A stretch of DNA of 52,221 nt from a virus (taxonomy: Duplodnaviria; Caudoviricetes), in the IMG/VR virus record IMGVR_UViG_3300032116_020335, positions 1 to 52,221 of that record; one strand, written 5' to 3'. The translations under genes were made by a program, and so were the position numbers. The notes under the pieces were generated by a model, which was not told the origin of the DNA, made no database searches, and worked only from the letters and a program-made list of their open reading frames with translations. This document shows, one piece after another, positions 9,444-19,700 of this stretch (its first letter is position 1; every line of letters begins with the position of its first letter).

Positions 9444-12400
9444 TTAGTCGTTTGGTATGAATGTTATTTGATTAACTTCATGGTATGTTACACCTGCTCT
9501 ATTTATTGCATATGCTCTAGCATAGATATAATTACCAAGTTCATTATTAAAATCAACATTATACATATCACTACCTATTATATTACCAAATATATTACCA
9601 AAATTTAGTTTATTATCAGCAATTGTTGGATTTGGTGTCAATGACCAAACAATACCAAACTCTGTAACTTTTGAACTACCTGAACTTGCTAATGTAACAT
9701 AAAAATCAACTGTACCGTTTCCATTTACCGTATAATCATCTAAATAGACAGTTGGTTTAAATCCAACATAACTTTTTATTTCTATTGTTGTATTAAATAA
9801 TAAACCATCATAATTATAATTATTTACCCCATCATATGCACTAGCCGAAAGATAAACAAAATCATCAATTTTACTTTCTGAATAAATAGCTGAAAAAAGT
9901 GATAGAGATACAAACGGATAAAAATCATAAGGTGTTAATTGTGAAGTAACAATAGATGTTTTTTCTCTTGGGAATGTTTGATTTCCATTACTAAAATATG
10001 CACCATATGCACCTTCTCCACCAAATGGATTAAGAACCCAAACAATTTCATCATCAAAACTATTTTCTAAAACATTAACAACTAATGTTGGTGTTTCTAC
10101 TGTCAATTGAGAACCATTTGACCAATTTGTTGGATATCTTCCTGTTGCTACAAAATCAGTATTTGAATTTGTAGTTGCTCCAACATTTAAGAAATCATCA
10201 CCTGCTACATAATTTAGTATCTTATAAGTTTCTCCAACGATTAATCCATTAAGTTGGTTAGATGTTATATCTTGTGGTGGTATATGTGTTAGTAATGCTC
10301 TATATGTTCTATAACCATTATCAAATCTGCTTTCTACATTTACACTATTTTCATTAATGTAGAAAATATCACTTCTATTTTCATATGTACCATTACCAAC
10401 AACCATTAATGATTCAGTATTTGCTGATTTATTAAATTTACCTGATGCATGTTGATAGTCCTTTGTTGTTATTGTTCCATAACCTTCAGCATGTGAATAA
10501 TTACCCAATGCTAGTGTACCACTACCTTCTGTATGTGAACCTGTACCAAGAGCCTGTGTTGCTATACCTTCAGCATGTGATGCATCACCAATTGAGTAAG
10601 TAGCACCTCTTGGATTAATATTGTATGGTAAATAAATATAACAAGAACCATTCAATGTTAAATTATCAAATACTACGGTTGTATATCCTGCCTCAAATGT
10701 TGATGCTGATATTGTAGCTATAACTCCACCATAAGTATTACTATCCTGTCTATCATCAAATATGATTGGACTACTAGCTACGAAAACATCTGTTAAGTCT
10801 TGCGTTTCATTTTCATTTAATACTGCAATACCATTTACTACATTTGTACTTCTATATCCTCTAGCACCTGCTAAGTTCATTATACCTTCTGTATGTGATG
10901 CCATACCAGCTGCAATAGCACCACCCATACCTGTAGAACCTTCAGAGTGTGAATAATCACCAATTGCTTGTGTATTATAACCTTCTGAATGTGACCCTGT
11001 ACCAATTGCTCCTGTACTATCGCCTTCAGCATGTGAATTTGAACCAAATGTTGTTGTTCTATATCCTTCAGCATGTGAATTTGAACCAAATGTTTGTGTT
11101 TCACTACCTTCAGCGTGTGATGCAAATCCAAATCTTTCATAATTATTTCCATCAGGCCATGTTTGCTCATTTTCTATTCTAGAAAATCTTGGATTATAAA
11201 TATAAATATCTTGACCAATTAAATATGATGAAAATGCTGAACCTGCTGTTATGTAGGTATATGTACCATCAAAACCTAGTGTTGTTGACCCTAAATTATT
11301 ATATTCAATAGTTGTTTGAGTTTTATAATAGTATTTTAAATCACCAGGATTAAGATTGTAAAAAGATATTGAATTTGTTAAATCACCAAAACCACTATCT
11401 AATCTTAAAGTTGTTGCATCAACTACATTCGCAGGAATTGCATTTATACCTGCTTTTGTATTTTCACCTTCAGCATGTGAATTATCATGATTAGCTTGTG
11501 TTTCAGAACCTTCAGCATGTGATGCAGTACCTGCTGCTTGTGTTATTACACCTTCAGCATGTGAATGATTACCTAATGCAGCAGTTTTTCTACCTTCAGA
11601 ATGTGATGATGTTCCGATTGCAACTGTAAAAGAACCTTCTGAATGACTGTAATAATAATTACTAGTATCTAATCTAAAAAGTACTCCAATATCGCTTAAA
11701 CCACCATTTAAACCACAAAATACATTATTACTAATATTTGGTGCATATTGTAATGTCATTGTTTTAGCGGTATAATCTATAGATTTAATGTATGTTCTTG
11801 CCAATTGATTATAATTACCACCTGCACTTCTAACATAAGCAACAAGATTACCTACATTAAAGTTTGCAGTATTTGTAACTGTAATAGTTTCAGTATTTTC
11901 ATCAACTGCTGTTATATAAGTATAGTAAGTTGGTGTAAATGTTGCACTACCTTCAGCATGTGAACCTTCACCTAAAGCAAATGTGTCATAACCTTCGGCA
12001 TGTGATGCATAACCATGTGCCTCTGAATAATATCCTTCAGAATGTGATGCATAATTATATGCTTTTGTGTTACCACCTTCAGAATGTGTTGCAAATCCAT
12101 CTGAAAATGTTGAATCACCTTCAGCATGTGAAAATCCTCCTAATGCCATCGTTCCTATACCTTCAACATGTGAACCTTCACCTAAAGAAATTGTATAATT
12201 ACCTTCAGAATGTGAACTCTCACCTCCTGCAATAGTAAAGTATCCTTCAGAATGTTGATAACTCTTGTATGGAATTATATGAGTTGATTCAAGTGAAACG
12301 CAAGCAATTAATGCTTCACTTGTATTTATACCAGTATTTTGAAGATATATTGTATATGTCTGTGCTGATGGAATGTATGTTGTTGATGAAATAGAAAAAT

Positions 12401-13601
12401 AATCATATCCGTAATTATCTTGATACTGTGAATCATCAAATATAATATAATTTCTATTATCTTTTTCTATAATCAGAAACTCATTTTGTTGATTTAGTCC
12501 AATATTTTCTATGGTGATTACACCATCAATAATGCTTGAACTATAAAATGCTCTTAAACCTGTTTGAGTATATCCACCTTCAGCATGTGAATAATCACTA
12601 AGTGCATTTACACTTACTCCTTCAGCAGTAGAATATGCACCTACTGTGCTTGAACCAAAACCTTCAGTAAAATAATAAGTTGCTTCTAAAGATGGTGAAA
12701 AAACAAATGTTGTTTTATCAGCATCAATATCATAAGTTATATCCGTTATAGTTGGTAAATCATAATAGTATTTATTTAAGTTAAAAGAATCAGGTCCATC
12801 TCCAATATAAAAACTAGTTGTTTGAATTGGTAATTCAAATATTAAACTTGAATAATCACCATTTACTGTAATTGTTGATGTTGTAGATGAAAATACATTT
12901 GAAGTTAAAGATTGATTATTATCTGTATAATCAATATAAAAAAATTGAAAATAATTAACAGACCCTGAGCCTGTAATATTTACTGCTCTATCTGTATATA
13001 CTGCAAAGTCAGAAGATTGATTAAAACTATTACCTGTAAATGTACTTGTTCCACCGCTTGATGGTCCAAATGACCAATTAAGATAATGTCTTTCATAAAC
13101 AGGTAATGTTTGTCCTGATGGTGGACCTGCAATAACTTTACCATTAATTTGCCAACCATTTCCAATACCAAACATTTCAGAAATCTGAATTGTTGCACTA
13201 TTTGATGCATTACCTGCATATGTTATTTGTAATAAACCATTTTTAGGGGTTTGTTGTAATGCAGCCCACCAAACATCTCTACTTGTAGATGATGTATCAC
13301 CATTATTTACTTTAATTTTTAATAAGTTATTTGGATTTAATGGGTTATTAGTTAATCCTGAAAATAGTTCAATATTAAAATAATTATCAGTAGGTGAAGG
13401 TTTATTACCAGGTGATATTGGTTCTGATAATAGCCAAATATAACCTTGATTTGAACTTGTTCCACCACTATTTATTACTGTAGTATCGCCTACATAAATT
13501 GTTGTTGCACAAAGTACACCAATAAATTTTACATCACTATTAATTTCTAGACTTTTTTCGGGTACGGTTGATTCAATTGCATCTACTTTTATTAAACTCA
13601 T
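9444..13601 (-). CDS. YadA-like (SHAEG-repeat) trimeric adhesin / tail fibre with inserted domains and a C-terminal FN3-like domain (1385 aa)
   Basis: Many 14-aa G..SH(A/S)EG..T.A repeats, followed by a neck-like LMVVGNG...RSDIF. The C-terminal FGIVWS...NPTI...YARAYAINRAG.TY is FN3-like. Confidence 0.7.
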   Translation of the reverse strand: MSLIKVDAIESTVPEKSLEINSDVKFIGVLCATTIYVGDTTVINSGGTSSNQGYIWLLSEPISPGNKPSPTDNYFNIELFSGLTNNPLNPNNLLKIKVNNGDTSSTSRDVWWAALQQTPKNGLLQITYAGNASNSATIQISEMFGIGNGWQINGKVIAGPPSGQTLPVYERHYLNWSFGPSSGGTSTFTGNSFNQSSDFAVYTDRAVNITGSGSVNYFQFFYIDYTDNNQSLTSNVFSSTTSTITVNGDYSSLIFELPIQTTSFYIGDGPDSFNLNKYYYDLPTITDITYDIDADKTTFVFSPSLEATYYFTEGFGSSTVGAYSTAEGVSVNALSDYSHAEGGYTQTGLRAFYSSSIIDGVITIENIGLNQQNEFLIIEKDNRNYIIFDDSQYQDNYGYDYFSISSTTYIPSAQTYTIYLQNTGINTSEALIACVSLESTHIIPYKSYQHSEGYFTIAGGESSHSEGNYTISLGEGSHVEGIGTMALGGFSHAEGDSTFSDGFATHSEGGNTKAYNYASHSEGYYSEAHGYASHAEGYDTFALGEGSHAEGSATFTPTYYTYITAVDENTETITVTNTANFNVGNLVAYVRSAGGNYNQLARTYIKSIDYTAKTMTLQYAPNISNNVFCGLNGGLSDIGVLFRLDTSNYYYSHSEGSFTVAIGTSSHSEGRKTAALGNHSHAEGVITQAAGTASHAEGSETQANHDNSHAEGENTKAGINAIPANVVDATTLRLDSGFGDLTNSISFYNLNPGDLKYYYKTQTTIEYNNLGSTTLGFDGTYTYITAGSAFSSYLIGQDIYIYNPRFSRIENEQTWPDGNNYERFGFASHAEGSETQTFGSNSHAEGYRTTTFGSNSHAEGDSTGAIGTGSHSEGYNTQAIGDYSHSEGSTGMGGAIAAGMASHTEGIMNLAGARGYRSTNVVNGIAVLNENETQDLTDVFVASSPIIFDDRQDSNTYGGVIATISASTFEAGYTTVVFDNLTLNGSCYIYLPYNINPRGATYSIGDASHAEGIATQALGTGSHTEGSGTLALGNYSHAEGYGTITTKDYQHASGKFNKSANTESLMVVGNGTYENRSDIFYINENSVNVESRFDNGYRTYRALLTHIPPQDITSNQLNGLIVGETYKILNYVAGDDFLNVGATTNSNTDFVATGRYPTNWSNGSQLTVETPTLVVNVLENSFDDEIVWVLNPFGGEGAYGAYFSNGNQTFPREKTSIVTSQLTPYDFYPFVSLSLFSAIYSESKIDDFVYLSASAYDGVNNYNYDGLLFNTTIEIKSYVGFKPTVYLDDYTVNGNGTVDFYVTLASSGSSKVTEFGIVWSLTPNPTIADNKLNFGNIFGNIIGSDMYNVDFNNELGNYIYARAYAINRAGVTYHEVNQITFIPND

Positions 13602-13636
13602 CTTTTTTTCTTTAAATAGTTATCGTATTGTTAAAA

Positions 13637-15931
13637 TTATGAATAAACTCTAATTTCTACAGGTACTCTTATTAGACCGCTAACACCACCACTATTAACA
13701 TCAGGTACTGGTGGATTTTCTATTATCAATCTACCTAAATCATATTTTGCAAACGTAACAGCACTAGTGTTAGTAATCCAACCTTTAGTCATATAAAACC
13801 CATCTTCTACATAACTTGTTTGCTGTTGTGTTTCTTCACCATTACCAACAAAAAATAAGGTTTTACCAACTGTTAAAATAGGTGAGCTAAATGAACCACG
13901 AATATAATATGGATTAGACATAATACTTGTAGTTGACCAAGTTGGTTCAATACCTAATTCATTTTGTAATACATTTACTGTTACAGCTGATGTTGTACTT
14001 GTATATGAAATTAAAGCCGTATATGAACTATATAATTTATTTGAAGTAACAACATTGCCTTGACTATCAACAGCCAATGGGTATAAGGTTGTTCCTGTTG
14101 GTACTGTTTTAATATTTAATTTATCAACATATACCGTATTTGCTGAATATCCAGTTATTGATGAACCTAGTACTATGGTATTTGTATCATATGCAGTACT
14201 ACCACTACCATGTACGAAACTATAATTTCCTAATGCAATACTATTAATTCCACCTGCATGTGAACTTGTGCCACTAGCTATTGTTGACCAACCTTCAGCA
14301 TGTGAATAATCACCATATGTTATTGTTCCAAATCCTTCAGCATGTGATGATTGACCAAATGCTTGAGAATATTCACCTTCGGCATGTGATACTATACCAT
14401 TTGCTATTGTTAAATAACCTTCAGCATGTGAATAATTACCATTTGTTTTTGTTTGAAATCCTTCAGCGTGTGAACCATAACCATTTGCTCTTGTTAAATG
14501 TCCTTCAGCATGTGAAGTATTACCACTTGCTATTGTTAAATTACCTTCAGCATGTGAACTTTGACCAAATGTAACACAACCTTCACCTTCTGCATGTGAA
14601 GAAGTACCACTTACTATTGTTTTAAAACCTTCAGAATGTGAATATTGTGTTACTGCTGTTGTTTGATAACCTTCAGCATGTGAATAATCACCATATGTTA
14701 TTGTTTGATAACCTTCAGCATGTGAACTTGTGCCACTAGCTATTGTTGACCAACCTTCAGCATGTGAATAATTACCATATGTTATTGCACTTAAACCTTC
14801 AGTATGTGACCAATTACCAACCGATAATGTATCATAACCTTCAGCATGTGAATTAATACCATTTGCTGTTGACTCATACCCTTCGGCATGTGAACCTGAA
14901 CCATTTGCTGTTGACTTATATCCCTCGGCATGTGATGCTATACCTACTGCTGTTGTTTGATAACCTTCGGCATGTGATACTATATCATTTGCTGTTGTTT
15001 GATAACCTTCGGCATGTGAATAATTACCACTTGCTATTGTTCCTGTACCTTCAGCGTGTGAATAATTACCACTTGCTATTGTTCCTATACCTTCAGCGTG
15101 TGAATATAGCCCTGTTGTTAACGTATAATAACCTTCAGCATGTGAAGAAGTACCTGATGCTATTGTAAATTCACCTTCAGAATGTGAGTATTGTGTTACT
15201 GCTGTTGTTTGATAACCTTCAGCATGTGAATAATCACCATATGTTCTTGTTTGATAACCTTCAGCATGTGATGCTTCCCCATTTGCTATTGTTAAATAAC
15301 CTTCAGAATGTGAATATGGACTATTTGTTTGTGTACCCAAACCTTCAGCATGTGATGAATAACCAAGAGAAATTGTATTAAATCCTTCAGCATGTGAAGA
15401 ATTACCTAATGATTGAGAATATTGACCTTCGGCATGGGAATATTGTCCATTTGCTTGTGTGCGTATTCCTTCGGAGTGTGAATATGATGTTGATGCTGTT
15501 GTTAACCATCCTTCTGCGTGTGATGCATAACCAATTGCTTTTGTACTTTCACCTTCGGCATGTGCATAATATGTTGTTGCCGATGTTCTGTAACCTTCAG
15601 AATGTGAAGCAAGACCACTTGCTATTGTTTCTTGACCTTCAGCATGTGAATAATTACCACTTGCTATTGTTCTATAACCTTCAGCATGTGAATAATTACC
15701 ATTAGTTGTTGCTGTTGTCTGTAAACCTTCAGCATGTGAACCTTCACCACAGGCTTTTGTTTGGTAACCAATTTCTACACCACTTGGATTACAGGGTGGA
15801 CCTGCTGTTGTGCTATAAATACCTGTTTCACCGATTGTTACTCCTGATGCTCCACCTAATTGTAGATTGCTGTCAATTTGTATTTGATTTGTTGAAAATG
15901 ATTCTATTGAATTTACTCTTATAGTACCCAT
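13637..15931 (-). CDS. YadA-like head-repeat adhesin / tail fibre (764 aa)
   Basis: About 36 tandem 14-aa SHAEG repeats. The C-terminal domain (Y..YTAL...VLQNELG...VEIRVY) is related to a domain in 9444..13601. Confidence 0.75.
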   Translation of the reverse strand: MGTIRVNSIESFSTNQIQIDSNLQLGGASGVTIGETGIYSTTAGPPCNPSGVEIGYQTKACGEGSHAEGLQTTATTNGNYSHAEGYRTIASGNYSHAEGQETIASGLASHSEGYRTSATTYYAHAEGESTKAIGYASHAEGWLTTASTSYSHSEGIRTQANGQYSHAEGQYSQSLGNSSHAEGFNTISLGYSSHAEGLGTQTNSPYSHSEGYLTIANGEASHAEGYQTRTYGDYSHAEGYQTTAVTQYSHSEGEFTIASGTSSHAEGYYTLTTGLYSHAEGIGTIASGNYSHAEGTGTIASGNYSHAEGYQTTANDIVSHAEGYQTTAVGIASHAEGYKSTANGSGSHAEGYESTANGINSHAEGYDTLSVGNWSHTEGLSAITYGNYSHAEGWSTIASGTSSHAEGYQTITYGDYSHAEGYQTTAVTQYSHSEGFKTIVSGTSSHAEGEGCVTFGQSSHAEGNLTIASGNTSHAEGHLTRANGYGSHAEGFQTKTNGNYSHAEGYLTIANGIVSHAEGEYSQAFGQSSHAEGFGTITYGDYSHAEGWSTIASGTSSHAGGINSIALGNYSFVHGSGSTAYDTNTIVLGSSITGYSANTVYVDKLNIKTVPTGTTLYPLAVDSQGNVVTSNKLYSSYTALISYTSTTSAVTVNVLQNELGIEPTWSTTSIMSNPYYIRGSFSSPILTVGKTLFFVGNGEETQQQTSYVEDGFYMTKGWITNTSAVTFAKYDLGRLIIENPPVPDVNSGGVSGLIRVPVEIRVYS
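14220..15750 (-). repeat. Coding tandem repeat of ~36 x 42 bp (plus-strand core ccttcagcatgtga) encoding SHAEG beta-roll repeats
   Basis: Counted by hand in the translation. The period is 42 bp and in frame, with one 15-aa unit near the start. Confidence 0.9.
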
Positions 15932-15934
15932 ATT

Positions 15935-16237
15935 TTATAGTATAGTTAAAACTGAATTTTCAGGTATACTTATTGTGAAACCTGAAGGTAATGTTATTAT
16001 TGGTCCAATCATTATTGCATTTGAATTTTGTGGTATTTGAATGTTTTCTGAAATAGTTTGAGGATTACTATAAAAATTAGCTGAGACATTCATAAATGGT
16101 TCAGCAGTTGCTAAAGTATTTGCTAAATTATCAACTGTAACATTATATGTAGAATTACCTTCTTGTGCAGGTAATGCTGTATTTAATGTTGGTGTAATTA
16201 AATTGGGTAATTGTGTAATGGTTTTTCCTGTTATCAT
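15935..16237 (-). CDS. Small tail-fibre-associated protein (100 aa)
   Basis: N-terminal KTITQLP..T and C-terminal N.QTISENI.IP...NA..IGP.ITLPSG.TI.IP....LTIL are motifs typical of small phage fibre proteins. Confidence 0.55.
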   Translation of the reverse strand: MITGKTITQLPNLITPTLNTALPAQEGNSTYNVTVDNLANTLATAEPFMNVSANFYSNPQTISENIQIPQNSNAIMIGPIITLPSGFTISIPENSVLTIL

Positions 16238-16238
16238 T

Positions 16239-16766
16239 TTATGTAAATTTTAAGTATTGATTTTCACCAAGTTTTATATATCCATTAGATAATCCTGTTA
16301 GGATTGCATCGTAAATATCTACTTCAATTGGTGGAAGTGGTGGTTGTGGTGCATTTGATTGAATCATTGTTGTTGTTTTTGTAAAAGATGGTAAGATTTC
16401 AATATCAAGTTTATAATTTAATGGAACAACGATAGTCTTTTGTTCTCCATATTTTTCAAAAATAATTTTAAACTCACCTCTAAACTTTCCAGCTTTAGCT
16501 GTATCTTTTTTACTAAATTTATATTGAATTGTAAAGTCAATAATTTCTCTACAAGTATCTTCTTGATTTAATTGTAGATTATTTTTTGTTTCGATATTTA
16601 CAAAACCACTTTTATCATGTATTTTATAATAACCTCTTTCATCAGTCATTGAAAACAATACAGTAGCATTTTGAATAATATTAATTAATTCAGAAAAATT
16701 CCTACCTTTATAGGGTCTTAACTCTAATATTGGTAGTTCGCTATTTTGTTTTATTGAAAAATCCAT
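16239..16766 (-). CDS. BppU-like baseplate adaptor protein (175 aa); paralog of 8680..9129
   Basis: Near-collinear motifs with 8680..9129: IKQN..LPILE, IQNATV.FSM, LNQE..CRE..DFTIQYKF, GEFKI.F. Confidence 0.6.
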   Translation of the reverse strand: MDFSIKQNSELPILELRPYKGRNFSELINIIQNATVLFSMTDERGYYKIHDKSGFVNIETKNNLQLNQEDTCREIIDFTIQYKFSKKDTAKAGKFRGEFKIIFEKYGEQKTIVVPLNYKLDIEILPSFTKTTTMIQSNAPQPPLPPIEVDIYDAILTGLSNGYIKLGENQYLKFT

Positions 16767-19700
16767 TATTTTAATTTTCTAAAACCGTATCTATCAGAGA
16801 AGTAATTATAGTTCTTTTTGATTTCAGGGAAACCTAAATCAATATCATACATTCTAAGCCTTTGTATCTTTCCATAGAATGAACCATCAAAATTATCTTC
16901 AATAACAGATTTAATTCCTCTATTATATAATATTTCAGTACTAATTGTATATGAAGTTGTTCCTGTAAGGTAAACTACATCATATTCACGGAATGTAATA
17001 TCGTCAAAGTAGAAATTATAATAAGATGTTATATTTTCCGCATTTTCAAATTTAACAACAGGTGTATAAGATGTATATCCACTTATTTCATTTGGTGTTA
17101 CAAAATCAATTGATAAATAAGTCCATGTATTTGCAGAACTATTTGTATTATATGTAGTAGTAGTTAATACTTCAATTTCAGAACTTAATGGATTTATAAA
17201 ATCAAAATAAATTCCTTTTTCAGTATTTGAATAATATCCATTATCATCATAAAAATATCCCTCTAAAACATATTTCTTATTTGGTTTTACTTCTAATGCA
17301 TTTTCAAAAATTAATAAATTATTTGTTAATGAACTAAATGTTGTAGCTGTAGAAGATGAAATTGTATCTGGTATCAGATTATACTCACTAAAACTATAAT
17401 TATCAATAAAAAATTTATAATTTTCTGTTATTGCAGTAATGTTACCTGCTTTTATTACAGGTGTATAAATTGTATATGAAGATATAACTTCAGGAGTGGT
17501 AAACTCTATACTTAAATCTAACCAAGTATTTGATGAAACACTATCATTATATGTGATAGATGTTATGATAAGATTTTCACCTGATAATGAAGGTTCAAAA
17601 TCAAAATAAATACTCTTTGATTCACCACTTAAATAACTATTATCATCATAGAATTTTGTTGATAATGTATATTTTTTAGCAGGGTTAATATTTATATCTT
17701 CAAATTTAAAGATATTATCTGTAACTGATGAATATGTTAAGCCTGTGACAATATCTTGTTCATATAATTTGAAATCATCAAACCTAAAGCTATAAACTGA
17801 AGGGAAACAGTCACCAAAGTCAACTGTAGCACCTAATGTGTAGGCTGTTGAGCCTGTGATTATTGAAGGTGTTTTAATTTCAGTTCTTAATGTATACCAA
17901 GTATTAAAAGAGTCTGAAGATGTATATGCTGTTTTACCAAGAACTTCATTTTCACTATCTAAATTTAAAAAGTTTATTTCAACATATTTATATGTACCTA
18001 CAAAACTAAAGAAATCATTAAATCTTGATTCAATTATATAAACTTTACTTGGGTTTATTGGTTTAGGGTCTGTAAGTGTAAAGATTGTATTAGTTGGTGA
18101 GTTAAATGTATTACCTGTAAAATCATTATTCCTAATATTTAAAATAAATGCAGATGGATTACCAACTTCACTAAATGGTATTGCTTCTAATGTTCCATCA
18201 ACTAAATCAATGGTTATGCCTGTTGTGATACCAATTGTATGACCACTATCTTCAAATTCACCAAAATTACCATCATTTATAGTTAATGTATTAGATGTAT
18301 ATTGAGTTATCACAAGTGATGGTAAAGCAAGTCTAAGTGAACTATTTCCTGAGAAATATTGTTCTGTTGATACTTCTAATAATGCATTTATTGTTTCACT
18401 TGATACATTTTCAATTGAGGATTCAAATGTTTTTGTAATTGCACTTGAGAATACATAACTAAATCCTGTTAATGCAAGTACAGGTAGTAAATTATAATCT
18501 TCAGTATAAATTTCATCAAAATAAAACTTATAATTTTGATTTATACCTGTTGGATTATCAATAAACACATATGGTGTATAAGATGTAACACCTGTTATTT
18601 GAGTTGGTGTATTAAATTCAATCTTTAAATCATTCCAAACACCTGATGATGTTGTAGTTGTATAAGTTAAAGATGATACTACTGTATGTTCAGAATCCAA
18701 TGATGGTAAGAATCCAATATAAACACCTTTAGTTTCTCCTGTATTATAACTATTATCATCAAAGAACTTAGCACTAATAATATATTTTTTATTAACTTCA
18801 GGAGTTAAAGCTGATAATGTTAATAGTGAATTTGTTAGTGAACTGAATGTAAATGATGTAAATGGTGTTAAAGGATAATTTGTTATTGAAAAATTATCAA
18901 AATAGAATTTATAACTTGAACTTATTCCACTTTTATTATATAATTTTGCAATAGGAATATAACTTGTAGAGCCTGTTAATGCACTAGGTGTGGTAAATGA
19001 TAATGATAAATCAACCCAAGTCTGAGAAGATGTAGTTGTTGTATATGTTAATGAAGATATAATTATATTTTCAGAATCTAAACCCCCCGATAATTCTAAA
19101 ATTACACCCTTATCTTGACCAGTTAAATAACTATTATCATCATAAAACTGAGTATTTAAGAAATATTTAGTATCTGTTGTAATTGTAAATGAACTAAATT
19201 TAACTAAAACATCTGTTGTTGATGATAATGTAAATGAACTGTATGTATCAATAGTTTCATATGATAAATAATAATTATCAAAGAAGAAATTATATCCTAT
19301 ATTATTAATAGTTAATGATGTAACACTTTCGCCACTTGTTCCACCTGTAAATATAAAATTAGTTACTGATGGTTCAGTCAAATCATTTTCATAATCAATA
19401 CTAGTTGAAAATTTATATGTTGTATTACCTGTCATTGCTGATGGTGTTTTGAAAACATATGTTAATTTTGTCCAAGTATTTGCGGATGTTGTAGATGTAT
19501 AAGTTTCAGCAGATAAAATAAGAATTTCAGGGTCTAATGCAGGGATTGTATCTAAATAAACACCTCTATTTGAACCTGTCCAAGTTTGTGCAATATTTTG
19601 TGTATATGCAGAAATATTAATTACATTACCACTAGCATTTGTTCCTGTATAAGCAGTTACAAAAGTAGTTTCACTTGTAGCAGTATAATTATAAAAATAT

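Noticed and set aside
14220-15750. Regular ccttcagcatgtga repeats that resemble a CRISPR array
   Set aside because: The period is 42 bp and in frame within a long ORF, with synonymous variation. The intervening segments are related to each other, and there are no cas genes.
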